From positions 1 through 64,000 of IMG/VR virus record IMGVR_UViG_3300017991_000060: 64,000 nucleotides of DNA; one strand, written 5' to 3'. Below are positions 36,257 through 45,563 of this stretch, piece by piece (position 1 is the first letter of the stretch; the number at the start of each line of letters is the position of its first letter). Origin of the DNA: a virus. The position numbers and the translations under genes were made by a program. The notes beneath the pieces were generated by a model. That model saw nothing but the letters and a program-made list of their open reading frames with translations, made no database searches and was not told the origin of the DNA.

Positions 36257-38664
36257 CAATGTGCGTCTCCCCACGTCTTGGCTACAGCACCATCCGCGAA
36301 CACCGGGACGGCGAGCTGCACCACGTGCTCCAGCTCCCAACACATGATAGCGAGGACCTCGTGCGCCACCTCATCCGGCGCTTCGTAAAGGAGCTCGTCG
36401 TGGACCTGGTTGATGAGCTTCGCCTGCCGAACCAAGGGGTTCTCGTGATTCCGTAGGCGCTCTCGGATGCGGATCATGGCGAGCTTCATGATGACGCCGG
36501 TTCCTCCCTGGGCGAGCACATTCACCGCCTGACGGATGATCTCTTCCCACTCCCAGAACCGGAAGTTATCGGACTTCATCAGAAGGCGTTGCGCGTGGAA
36601 CCGGCGGACGTGCCCGCTGAACATCTGGACGTAACCGTGCTCGCTGACCTCGAACCGAACCCGCTTATGGAGCCTGGCCCGAACGTAGGGGTACTCCTTG
36701 TCCAGCGATTTGAGCGCGGCCTTCGCATCCTTGAGCGTCATGTTCTCGCGCCGAGCGAGGGTGCGGTGGCCCATGCCGTAGTTGAAGGCGTGGTTCACCG
36801 GCTTCGCGGCCTGGCGGCCTTCACCCGGCCCGTACTTGTCGAAAAGGCCGATGGCGACGGAGGACTTGCTATGGATGTCGCGACCCAGGCAGAACCCACT
36901 GAGCGGCGGCTGGTCCTTCTGGGCCTTGTCCCTCTTACCCTCAGCCGCTCCGCACACCGGGCACTCATGTAGGGGTTGGTCCGTCTCCCCAGAGTTCCCG
37001 CACTCCGCACAATCCCACCCGCGGAACAGCGCGAGGAGGGTAGGGTCCTTCGACTCGTGGGCGATGAGCCGGTTCTCGATCTGCGCGAGGTCGGCAGAGC
37101 AGAGGGACCAGTCCTCCTCGGAGATGAACACCTGGCGGAGCGACTGGACCCGCCAGACCTTGCGCTTCTTCTTCCCTTCCTGGACCTCGCCCGTCACCAC
37201 GCCGCGCGGCGGGTTGTCGTAGTCGGCATAGACGGTGCCGTCCTTCGCCGTGAACGGGAAGGGCACCTCCGGCATCGTGAACGGCCTGGGGATGTTCTCG
37301 ACGTTCGGATCGTCCGAGGAGAAGCGGCCGGTGCGCGCGCCGACCGGCCAGAACGAAGCGTGAATGCGGTTGTCCGGGTCCAACGTCGCGCGCTCCAGCA
37401 TCGGGGCGACGTAGGTGCCCATGATCTTCTCGTACGCCCGAAGGGTGAGGAGGCGCTGGATGTGCTCGCGGTAAGGCTTCAGGGCGTGCTGCGAGAGGTA
37501 CCCAAGGACATCCTTGTCCACCTTGCAGTACCCGTCGGACCGCTTCCACTTCGGCTGGAGTTCTCCGTTCCGTAGGGTCCATGGCGGCGGCCTAAGCTGC
37601 CACTCGTCCCATATCTTCTTCGCCACCTGGGGCGTCGAGGCCGGGTTGAACAGGTCCTTCTCCGGCGCGCCCTCGATGACGCCGCCCCACCGCTCTACGA
37701 CTTCGGCGCGGAGGTCTGCAAGGACCTTCTCCATCACGCCGTGCATGGAGGCGATCTCATCGATGTCGATCTTGAGTCCGTTCTCCTCCATCTCCGTCAC
37801 GCACGGGTGACACACCTTCGTCTCCAGGTCCACCAGAGAAAAGAGGTCCACGCCGTACCTCTCGGAGTCGCGCTGTAGGCGCGGCCAGAGCCAGAAGAAC
37901 ACGCCAAGAGTGATGCCTGCGTCCTCAGCGCCGTAAAGAGAAAAGCGTTCGATGGCCTCGCGGTCGTACTTGCCGAGGACGACCGGCTCGATGATCTCCC
38001 GCATCGCGGCCTCGACGTTCCGCTTCAACATCCGCGCCGGTAGGCGCATGACGGCCTGGGTGAGCGGCGGCCACGACGGATCGATGCACGGCTCCTCCTT
38101 CAACTTCTTCCGGTGGTCGCGGTAGACCTCCCAGCACTCCTTAAGAAGTCGCCGCACCTCCTTCGGGCCTTGCTTCTTGATCTTCGCTATCTCGCGTTGA
38201 GTCTGCGCGTAGGAGGACTGGCCGTGCATCCCGAGAAGGGTACCGCCGAGCTCCTTCAGCCCCTTCGGCATGTTCTCGTCGTAGACGTGGATCATGGAGA
38301 AGGTGCACCACACCCGGCACCTGAAGTCGTCCTCCGTCACCCCACGGGCGCGGATGACCTGAGCGTCCACCTTGGGCGGGTGCATAACGAAATGCCGGTT
38401 CGGGTCCCGAATGATGGGGAGCAACACGTTCTCCCGGACGTACGACCACGGGTGGATCTCGGAGCCATTGATGTAAGGCCAGAAGGTACAGAAGATCCCC
38501 GTCTCCGGCGTGCCCCCAGCGAAGGAAATGCCATGGAGCGGGGCATGACACGTCGGCTTCCCTTCGCTCGTGTCGAACTCGGTGTCCATCGCGACGACGG
38601 GGGAGACGGTGGAATCGAGTAGGAGAGGGATCGCTTCGTCGGGGGTGAGTACCTTCAGTTCCAT
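36256..38664 (-). CDS. polA: Family A DNA polymerase with 3'-5' exonuclease
   Basis: VAMDTEF; TGRFSSDDPNVENIP; motif A DLAQIENR; motif B RQAAKPVNHAFNYG; motif C NQVHDEL. Confidence 0.92.
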   Translation of the reverse strand: MELKVLTPDEAIPLLLDSTVSPVVAMDTEFDTSEGKPTCHAPLHGISFAGGTPETGIFCTFWPYINGSEIHPWSYVRENVLLPIIRDPNRHFVMHPPKVDAQVIRARGVTEDDFRCRVWCTFSMIHVYDENMPKGLKELGGTLLGMHGQSSYAQTQREIAKIKKQGPKEVRRLLKECWEVYRDHRKKLKEEPCIDPSWPPLTQAVMRLPARMLKRNVEAAMREIIEPVVLGKYDREAIERFSLYGAEDAGITLGVFFWLWPRLQRDSERYGVDLFSLVDLETKVCHPCVTEMEENGLKIDIDEIASMHGVMEKVLADLRAEVVERWGGVIEGAPEKDLFNPASTPQVAKKIWDEWQLRPPPWTLRNGELQPKWKRSDGYCKVDKDVLGYLSQHALKPYREHIQRLLTLRAYEKIMGTYVAPMLERATLDPDNRIHASFWPVGARTGRFSSDDPNVENIPRPFTMPEVPFPFTAKDGTVYADYDNPPRGVVTGEVQEGKKKRKVWRVQSLRQVFISEEDWSLCSADLAQIENRLIAHESKDPTLLALFRGWDCAECGNSGETDQPLHECPVCGAAEGKRDKAQKDQPPLSGFCLGRDIHSKSSVAIGLFDKYGPGEGRQAAKPVNHAFNYGMGHRTLARRENMTLKDAKAALKSLDKEYPYVRARLHKRVRFEVSEHGYVQMFSGHVRRFHAQRLLMKSDNFRFWEWEEIIRQAVNVLAQGGTGVIMKLAMIRIRERLRNHENPLVRQAKLINQVHDELLYEAPDEVAHEVLAIMCWELEHVVQLAVPVFADGAVAKTWGDAH

Positions 38665-38684
38665 CGCTCGCTCCAGGTGAGACG

Positions 38685-38713
38685 GTGGGAGGCGGGCGTT
38701 ACCCCGCCCCCCA
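38685..38713 (-). terminator. Possible terminator hairpin after the SSB gene
   Basis: GGCGGG-loop-CCCGCC with flanking GTGGG/CCCAC pairing. Confidence 0.4.
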
Positions 38714-38723
38714 CCGGGGGAAA

Positions 38724-40148
38724 CTAGAACGGCTCATCCTTGCTGCCGGGCTGGGACGAGTTCCAACCCTGCTGGAAGTCGTAGCCGCCACCGACAGCGG
38801 GCGGCCCGTTCTGACCCTGGGGAGCGGCCGGGGGAGCGGCCTGACCCTGGGGAGCGGCCGGGGGCTGGCTCGGGGGAGCCGGGGTAGCCGGGGGAGGGGC
38901 CTGGGGTTGCGCCGGAGGAGCGGCCGGGGGCATCTGGGCCGGGTTCGGGGCCTTCGGCACGGACTCCAAGGGGGTGCCTCCGAACGTAGGGGGCTGGGGA
39001 GCCGTCTGCTGCGTCGGGGGCGGCGGGGGTGCCTGGGCACCGGCGGGCGGCTGAACGCCCGGAGGAGGCGGCGGCGTGGCGGCCCAGGGGGGCGGAGCGG
39101 GGGGAGTGCCCGGAGCCGCGGGCGCGGGCGGAGTGGCCGGGGCCTGGGGCTGTGCCGGGGGAGCGTGCGCCGGAGCCGGAGGCCCTACGTGCGTCGGCGG
39201 GGCCTGGGGCGCTGCCGGGGCCGTGCCGGGGAAGGGCGGGGGAGCTGCCGGGGCGGCCGGGGGCTGGCTCGGGGGAGTGGGCGGGTTGTACGCCGGGACC
39301 TGGCCCGGCATCACCGCGCCGGGGGCCGGGGCGAAGCCGCCAGGAACGCCCGCACCGGGAGCGCCGGGGATCGGGGGCGCAGACTGCCACCCCCCACCGC
39401 CGCCCTGGGCACCGAGCTGGCCCTCCAGGTATCCGACGAACTGCGACGCCTCCTCGGGCTTGTAGGTCCCGATCTCCTGCCCGTAGTCGATGGGAGAGAT
39501 GAGCTCAGCCACCGTCGCGGCGTGGTCCTTCGGCTGTTCGCCGCGCCGCTGGGAGCTCTCCATCATGCCCTTGATGGCCGGGGAGTACCAGAAGTGCTCC
39601 GTCGGGTTCACCACCCCGAGGTCGGTCCAGTGGTCGCCGTGCTTCGCGCTCGTCTGGGGCTTACCCTTCGGGGCCTGGGACCTGTAGACCTTGAACCGGC
39701 GGAACTTCATCTGCCCGTACGTCCTAGCGAGGTGGGAGAAGGAGTCGAAGCCCTTGGCGTCGAGCTCCAGGAGCATCTTCATGTCCTTGTACTGCTTGTT
39801 GTTGTAGGTAAACTCCCGCTCGTCGATGATCGTCACGTACGCGAGCCCGTCCCGGCCGATCTTCCGGGGGTACTTGAGGGAGGCGTTGCAGACGAGGCAC
39901 TCGCGCGGGCAGGGGTCCTTGTTCCCGTCGGGGTTCCAGCCCCAGCACGTCTGCCTCATCCGCGCCGCTACGTTGTCGCGGCGGAGGAACAGCTTGTGAC
40001 GGACGACCCGCACGGGCGGCTCATCCAGGATGGTGATGGTCGTCTCGCCCCCAGGCGGGAGCCAGAAGATCCTCGGTCCCTTGACGGCGCGGCCCTTGTC
40101 TACGTTCAGGTCGCCCGCCTGACCATAGCCTCTCGGCAGTTCCGGCAT
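38724..40148 (-). CDS. Single-stranded DNA-binding protein (gp32-like) with long Pro/Ala/Gln/Gly tail
   Basis: IFWLPPGGETTITILD; CP..C.VC; acidic-PF C-terminus KDEPF; position next to polA. Confidence 0.65.
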   Translation of the reverse strand: MPELPRGYGQAGDLNVDKGRAVKGPRIFWLPPGGETTITILDEPPVRVVRHKLFLRRDNVAARMRQTCWGWNPDGNKDPCPRECLVCNASLKYPRKIGRDGLAYVTIIDEREFTYNNKQYKDMKMLLELDAKGFDSFSHLARTYGQMKFRRFKVYRSQAPKGKPQTSAKHGDHWTDLGVVNPTEHFWYSPAIKGMMESSQRRGEQPKDHAATVAELISPIDYGQEIGTYKPEEASQFVGYLEGQLGAQGGGGGWQSAPPIPGAPGAGVPGGFAPAPGAVMPGQVPAYNPPTPPSQPPAAPAAPPPFPGTAPAAPQAPPTHVGPPAPAHAPPAQPQAPATPPAPAAPGTPPAPPPWAATPPPPPGVQPPAGAQAPPPPPTQQTAPQPPTFGGTPLESVPKAPNPAQMPPAAPPAQPQAPPPATPAPPSQPPAAPQGQAAPPAAPQGQNGPPAVGGGYDFQQGWNSSQPGSKDEPF

Positions 40149-40237
40149 CAGTCTTTCCTTCCTGCTGGCTCTGGCGGCTGGCCCACGGCCACCGCTTCCG
40201 AGCACGCTGCACACAGAAACACACACAGTCCGCTGCC

Positions 40238-41284
40238 CTACGTAGGCAACGGTGGTGGATTATACGCGGGTGTCTCCCGCTTGTCAAACGCTAGGTACCG
40301 CGCCTCCCGGTCGGCGCGTATAAGCTCCGCCGCCGTCACGTCCGCCGGGTCCTTCTCACCTGGGAGGGACGCGATGCGGACGGGGAAGTAGGGCCGGAGC
40401 TGCTGCTTCAGGCCGGGGTGCCACTTCCCCTTCGGGTCCTTCCACCCGTGGACGGCGCGCCGCCCGGCCTCATCGTTCTCGTAGATGACGGTGACGGTGC
40501 GCGCCCACTGACGGAGCTTCCTCAGCCGCTCCGGGGTGATGCCCGTCGTCGCCCCGAGGACCCCCAGGACGTTTGGAAGCACGCGGGCCGCCCAGACGGT
40601 GGAGGTACAACCCTCGACGAGCCGGACATGCTCCCGCGTCGGGTCGATAAAGTTCTCGCCGTAGAACACGCCGCGCTTCCACTGGCCTACAGGCTCGTCG
40701 TGGTACTTCGGGGTGATCTCCGGCGAGACGGCGCGCCTGGAGATCCCGACCAGACGGCCTCGATGATCCCGACACGGGAAGGTCGCCCGGCCGCGTTCTG
40801 GATCGTAGCCGATCTGCCACTTCACCACGTCCGAACGGATGATGCCGCGCTTCACCAGGTACTCCGGGACCCCGTTCCGGTAGCACTGGAGCGCGTACCT
40901 CTCCAGCCATTCACCGTAGGTCAGCCGATCAACCTCGGCCGGTGCGCCGGTGCGGATCGCCCTCGCCCTGGACAGAGCGGCGGCGAAGCTCGGCTGGTCA
41001 TTCTCAGCGGTGAAGGCTACCGCGGCGGCGAGGCCGCCGATGTCCGCCTCAGCCTGGGCGAACACGGACGAGAGGGTACCCGCCACTTGGCAGCGGTGGC
41101 AGTAACAAGAGGACGGCCCAGCCGTGTTCACCAAGACGGAGAGCGTCGGGGTGCCCTTGTCGCCCGGCGGGTGCCGCCTTGGGTCGAGGTAGTAGGGGCA
41201 ACGGATATGGACGTTCTCCGCCTTCGCCCGGTCGATGGGCGAGTCGGTGATCCGTGCGAGCTCGTGAATCAAGAGGCGGTCCAT
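40238..41284 (-). CDS. DnaG-like Toprim primase with Zn-binding domain
   Basis: CP..CYCHRC; FPCRDHRGRLVGISRR; LVEG; YENDEAG. Confidence 0.75.
   Translation of the reverse strand: MDRLLIHELARITDSPIDRAKAENVHIRCPYYLDPRRHPPGDKGTPTLSVLVNTAGPSSCYCHRCQVAGTLSSVFAQAEADIGGLAAAVAFTAENDQPSFAAALSRARAIRTGAPAEVDRLTYGEWLERYALQCYRNGVPEYLVKRGIIRSDVVKWQIGYDPERGRATFPCRDHRGRLVGISRRAVSPEITPKYHDEPVGQWKRGVFYGENFIDPTREHVRLVEGCTSTVWAARVLPNVLGVLGATTGITPERLRKLRQWARTVTVIYENDEAGRRAVHGWKDPKGKWHPGLKQQLRPYFPVRIASLPGEKDPADVTAAELIRADREARYLAFDKRETPAYNPPPLPT
40259..40289 (-). promoter_or_regulatory. Consensus sigma70 promoter for the SSB-polA operon
   Basis: GT-TTGACA-N17-TATAAT. Confidence 0.88.
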
Positions 41285-41327
41285 CGCTTCCTCGCGCAGT
41301 CAGGGCAGAACCAGGTCAGAGCCTCGC

Positions 41328-41636
41328 CTACTTTCCCTGGGGGGCAGTACCAGAACTCGGCCCATCCGTCGGCCCGTGCGGAGGTGACGTGGGCGGCGTT
41401 GGAACATCCTGCCGCACCACACGAGTAGTAGGGTCCGGGCTCTCCCATGGGATCTCCGTCGCCTCGAACTTCATCCTCTGAACGAGGTGGAGATGCATCG
41501 CCTCCATGCCGCGCTTCACCGCCTGGGCCACTAGCCACCTGAGCCGTTCTCCTTCAACTTCCTCGACCGGGGCAACGAACGTGAGCCGCCGCATCGGCTT
41601 GTCCTGGATGAGCATCACCACCACTTCAAGGGCCAC
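41328..41636 (-). CDS. Hypothetical protein (overlapping alternative Cys-rich frame 41269-41538)
   Basis: ORF track; reading frame ambiguous. Confidence 0.4.
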   Translation of the reverse strand: MALEVVVMLIQDKPMRRLTFVAPVEEVEGERLRWLVAQAVKRGMEAMHLHLVQRMKFEATEIPWESPDPTTRVVRQDVPTPPTSPPHGPTDGPSSGTAPQGK

Positions 41637-41645
41637 GGCAACCTC

Positions 41646-42335
41646 CTAGAAGTCCGTCATCGGGTTGTAGTGCCCGCGGCCCTTGGGGAGTGGGTCCTCC
41701 ACCTCCTCGGGGAGCCGCTCGAACACCGTGTACCATCGCGCCCGGTTGTTCCGCCCGGTACCAACGCCGACGACGGCGACCTCCTTCCCCCACTTGCCAG
41801 GGTGCGGCCAGATGTAGTCGAGGACACCCACCCGTCCTCCGGGCTCGACGCACCGGAGGCACCGCTTCAGGAGGTCGTTCAGGTCGCTCGGGAACACCTC
41901 GGCCGGGACGTTGTAGTGCTCGTGGTCCGCCGCGGTGTAGGGGCGGTCGATCATGATGGCGGGCCACAACGGAACTTGCTTCTGCCGCATGTACTCCGTC
42001 GAAACAGAGGATGTGCGCCGAGCCCCGATCACAACGAAATCCGGCCGCGGGTAAAGATCCTCACTGCCCACGCCGATCCGGCGCGCGTCCATGAGGTAGT
42101 CGGGCTCGGTGGCCGGGTCCAAGTCCAACGTGCGGTCGTGCGGCCCGAAGCCGCGGTAGAGGTTCTTCTTCACAAGCCCGGCGCAGACGTGGAGCACCGG
42201 GTCCTCCCACCGCACGCCGAGGAGCTGGCGGGCGCGGTGAAGGAACCCGGCCGGGTACGCGCCGTAGTAGCGGGCTCCGTCCCGGAGCTTCGCGCGGGCG
42301 AGAATCCACACGTCACAGATGGGCCGGTAACTCAC
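41646..42335 (-). CDS. Putative DNA methyltransferase ending NPMTDF
   Basis: YYGAYPAGFL; VLHVCAG; TLDLDP; IMIDRPY (DPPY-like). Confidence 0.6.
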   Translation of the reverse strand: MSYRPICDVWILARAKLRDGARYYGAYPAGFLHRARQLLGVRWEDPVLHVCAGLVKKNLYRGFGPHDRTLDLDPATEPDYLMDARRIGVGSEDLYPRPDFVVIGARRTSSVSTEYMRQKQVPLWPAIMIDRPYTAADHEHYNVPAEVFPSDLNDLLKRCLRCVEPGGRVGVLDYIWPHPGKWGKEVAVVGVGTGRNNRARWYTVFERLPEEVEDPLPKGRGHYNPMTDF

Positions 42336-42369
42336 AGTCCAAACCCCTCCTTCGCCACGCCGGTGTGCG

Positions 42370-42567
42370 TTAGAGGGCCTCGTAGACCTCGTAGCCCCAC
42401 GAGGTCGTCTTGATCTTGCGGCCCCGTTCCTTGTGGGTCCGTGTCCACTCGGGCGCGAACTCGGGCGCGATTCGGCCGGCTCCGATCTGCCGGACGAGGT
42501 GGACGAACCCCTCCGTGCCATCATCGAACGTGATCGTGTCCAGCTCTTGCTTCTGCTTCTTGCTCAT
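42370..42567 (-). CDS. Small hypothetical protein
   Basis: ORF track. Confidence 0.6.
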   Translation of the reverse strand: MSKKQKQELDTITFDDGTEGFVHLVRQIGAGRIAPEFAPEWTRTHKERGRKIKTTSWGYEVYEAL

Positions 42568-42720
42568 CTTGGCCTCCTGTCTACGGGATATCCAGATGCA
42601 CGTAGGGCGTGCCGCGTGCGGTCTCCTGGATCAGGATCTCGCGCCCGGCATGCTGCTACAAAAGCAGCCACCCAAACGGTGCCGCTCTTGGGGTACGTGA
42701 TTATGGCGATGTCGGGCTTG

Positions 42721-43158
42721 TTAGGCATCACTCACCCCCTCCGGCAGAATGATGCCGCCCTCAGTGGTCCGCTCCTCACCATCGGCCGGGGCCTCGATCT
42801 GGGACTCGCCGGGGGCGGGGCCGGGCATGGCGATGGAGGTCACGTTGCCCAGGGCGATGTCTACGACGCCGTGGATGATGAGCGCCACCGGCTCGCCCCC
42901 GCGGCCATCGTCCATCGTGAGGGTGAGGGCGCGGTCGTCGCCCTGGAAGCTGGCAGAACGGAGCCGCTGCCCTACGATCTCCGGCCACGCCTCCGAGAGC
43001 TTCTGGTGGAGCGCCGCCGACGCGCGGCGTTGTTTCTCGGGGTTGTTCGCCCTGGTCCCGCTCCGCCCCGCGTTCTTCTTCCGCTGCTTCGCCGCCGCGC
43101 GGGCGCGCTGCTTCCGCGTCGGGGTCCCTTTACGCCGCTTACCCATCTCCGCCTCCAT
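42721..43158 (-). CDS. Hypothetical basic protein
   Basis: ORF track. Confidence 0.6.
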   Translation of the reverse strand: MEAEMGKRRKGTPTRKQRARAAAKQRKKNAGRSGTRANNPEKQRRASAALHQKLSEAWPEIVGQRLRSASFQGDDRALTLTMDDGRGGEPVALIIHGVVDIALGNVTSIAMPGPAPGESQIEAPADGEERTTEGGIILPEGVSDA

Positions 43159-44521
43159 CTACTATCTCGGTGAAATCGAGCGTCGCCTTGACATCGAATC
43201 TGGTTTTCAGCTCGCGGAGCGGTAGGCCGTCCCGCACCTTGAGCGTACGCCAGATGGCCTCCCTGGCTTGCTCCACCTCGGGGGGCCGGAACAGCCCCAT
43301 GAGCACGTCGCACGCGCGCCCTACCTCATCGGTGAGGATCGCGGAGTTCATGCTCGCTCGGGTCGAGTCCTCGGACACGTCCCGGTTGAAGTGCCACGAC
43401 ATCGCGCCTGGGATGCCCATGCGCTTGTTGAGGTCCACGAAGTCGAGGACCAAGTTCGAGGCCGCCACCTTCTTGTCGCGGCCCTGGGCGGCGAGGTAGG
43501 CCGAGTCCCAGAGCACGATGTCCGGCTGGAACCCGACGACCTCCATCTCCAGGTCGGCCACGCTCCGAACGAGCGGAGCGGCCACCACCTTCAAGCGGCC
43601 GAACGCGCAAGCCGGGTTCTCCAGGTACTCGTAGAACTGGATGATCTGGCGCTCCTCGTTCGGGGTGAGGAGCCCGTTGGTGAACCGCCACGCCGACACG
43701 CGCGCCGACACGGCGTCGAAGCGTGTGGTGAGCCGCTGACGGGCGAGGTCGGCGTCCGGGCACTCCTCGTTCGGGTCCACCCCTTCCTCGTGGCAGTAGA
43801 TGCACGCGCGCCGCACGATCCGGTGCTTCGCTCTCCCCCGCCCCGCGGATTCTGGCGGCGTCTCCATCGAGCAGAACAGCACGTCGAGCCCGATCTGCCA
43901 GAGGTAGGTCGCCCAGAGGATCATGCCCCAGGTCTTGCCGACGCTCGGCCGCGCGAGGAGAACCCAAGTGTCTCCCCCCATGAACCCGCGGGTGGCCTTG
44001 GTTAGCGCCTCGTGCGGGAGGGGGAGCCCCTGACGGCCGCGCGCCCGCTTCCGGCGTAGGTAGTCCCGGTACCTGTCCCGCACGCCCTCCCGGATGTCCG
44101 AGAGCATGAGCCCCTTCTCCGGCGGCCGGAACGTGCGGCCTATCTCGGAGAGGACCGCCCGCGCGCCGTCGAGGGCGGTGTGCGGCTCCGCCTTCTCCAG
44201 CGGTTGCGCCACCTTCTCGGTGAAGCCCTCCTCCATCGCCACGCGGAGCGCGTTGTCCGCGACCATCTGCGCGTAGTAGGCGATGTCGTCCTGGGCCGGG
44301 GGGAGACCCATGTTGAACGTCTGCTTCAGAGTGTCGGCGTGGGGGAGCTTCGAGTGCTCGCGGACGAAGCCGAGCACCCAGTCATAGATCGGCCGCCACT
44401 CCGGGGTGAGATGGTCGCGCTCAATCCGCCGTAGGTCCGCGACCGCGCACTGCCCCGAGAGGAGGGCGGAGAAGTACATGGCATCGTGGTTCACCAGGCG
44501 CTCTCCAGGTTGTCGGGCCAC
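43139..44521 (-). CDS. dnaB: DnaB-like replicative helicase
   Basis: ARPSVGKT; FCSME; IVLWDS; HFNR; start uncertain. Confidence 0.85.
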   Translation of the reverse strand: MARQPGERLVNHDAMYFSALLSGQCAVADLRRIERDHLTPEWRPIYDWVLGFVREHSKLPHADTLKQTFNMGLPPAQDDIAYYAQMVADNALRVAMEEGFTEKVAQPLEKAEPHTALDGARAVLSEIGRTFRPPEKGLMLSDIREGVRDRYRDYLRRKRARGRQGLPLPHEALTKATRGFMGGDTWVLLARPSVGKTWGMILWATYLWQIGLDVLFCSMETPPESAGRGRAKHRIVRRACIYCHEEGVDPNEECPDADLARQRLTTRFDAVSARVSAWRFTNGLLTPNEERQIIQFYEYLENPACAFGRLKVVAAPLVRSVADLEMEVVGFQPDIVLWDSAYLAAQGRDKKVAASNLVLDFVDLNKRMGIPGAMSWHFNRDVSEDSTRASMNSAILTDEVGRACDVLMGLFRPPEVEQAREAIWRTLKVRDGLPLRELKTRFDVKATLDFTEIVDGGGDG

Positions 44522-45099
44522 TGGTCGTTGTCGATGCCCACCGGGACGATGACGCGGCGGAGGACGGACACGAGCCCGTCGGCGCGCGTGTAGGCCGAGG
44601 GAAGCTGGTCCCAGTTGGTGTTCGAGGTGATGATGACGGAGCGGTGACGGTCGTACATGTCCCGAGCCGCCGCCTCCAGGGCTGCACCGGCCGGGCCGCT
44701 CAGTCTGAACTTCTCGGATCCGAGGTCATCGATGATGAGTAGGTCCGAGGATAGAAGGCGGTCGTGGAGCTTCGCGTTCCGCTCCGTGTCCCGGAAGATG
44801 ACGCCGGGGATGTGGCGCGTCGGGAGCCAGAGGCACCGCTCGCACCGGCGAGCTGCGTCCATGAGGAGGATAGCCGCTAGGCTGCTCTTGCCCACGTTGA
44901 ACCGGCCGTGGATGTAGAAACCGTGACCCATGCCGAGCCACGTCTTGATATTCGCGAGGGCTTCCTGGACCCACTTCCGGATGTCCTGCGGCGCGATGCA
45001 GTCGGTGTTCGCGACCCAGTACCGCTCCGGCAGGTTCGAATCCATGAGCACCTCACGCATCTCGTCCTCCGGGATGCGGTAGTCCCTGATCCGCCTCAT
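44491..45099 (-). CDS. DnaC/IstB-like AAA+ helicase loader
   Basis: HGRFNVGKSS; LIIDDLGSE; IITSN. Confidence 0.85.
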   Translation of the reverse strand: MRRIRDYRIPEDEMREVLMDSNLPERYWVANTDCIAPQDIRKWVQEALANIKTWLGMGHGFYIHGRFNVGKSSLAAILLMDAARRCERCLWLPTRHIPGVIFRDTERNAKLHDRLLSSDLLIIDDLGSEKFRLSGPAGAALEAAARDMYDRHRSVIITSNTNWDQLPSAYTRADGLVSVLRRVIVPVGIDNDQWPDNLESAW

Positions 45100-45563
45100 C
45101 GCTTCTTCCTCCCTAGAACGGTGCCGCCGGTGTCCACCCACTCCCGCCCTGGTCCGCGGGACGGCGCGGGCCGCTTGAGCTTCGGCGCTTCCTCGGGGAG
45201 CACGTCGGCCAGGACGTTTCGCGTCACCACCCCCCATTCCCCCGTGAGCCCCTGGGCGGCCACGTCGGCCTGGAGGTAGTAGGTATACCCGACGCGGTGC
45301 CCGAGCTCCCTGGGGGCGTTGTGGTCGCTGATCCACCTGAAGTTGAAGAGCTGCCAGAGGTCGCCCCGCGCCGCGGCCAGACCGACGCCTACACGCTTCG
45401 CGAGGGCGGCCACCGTGGCGTGGCTCACGAGCTTGTGCCGAGCCATCGCGCCGGACGCCTCGACCACCATCGGCGGGGGGAGGTACTCGATGGCCTCGCG
45501 GACCAGCTCCCGATAGAGCGCCCGCGGACCGGCCATCTTCCCAAGGTACTCACCGGGCCGCAT
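45096..45563 (-). CDS. Hypothetical protein
   Basis: ORF track; coupled. Confidence 0.6.
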   Translation of the reverse strand: MRPGEYLGKMAGPRALYRELVREAIEYLPPPMVVEASGAMARHKLVSHATVAALAKRVGVGLAAARGDLWQLFNFRWISDHNAPRELGHRVGYTYYLQADVAAQGLTGEWGVVTRNVLADVLPEEAPKLKRPAPSRGPGREWVDTGGTVLGRKKR

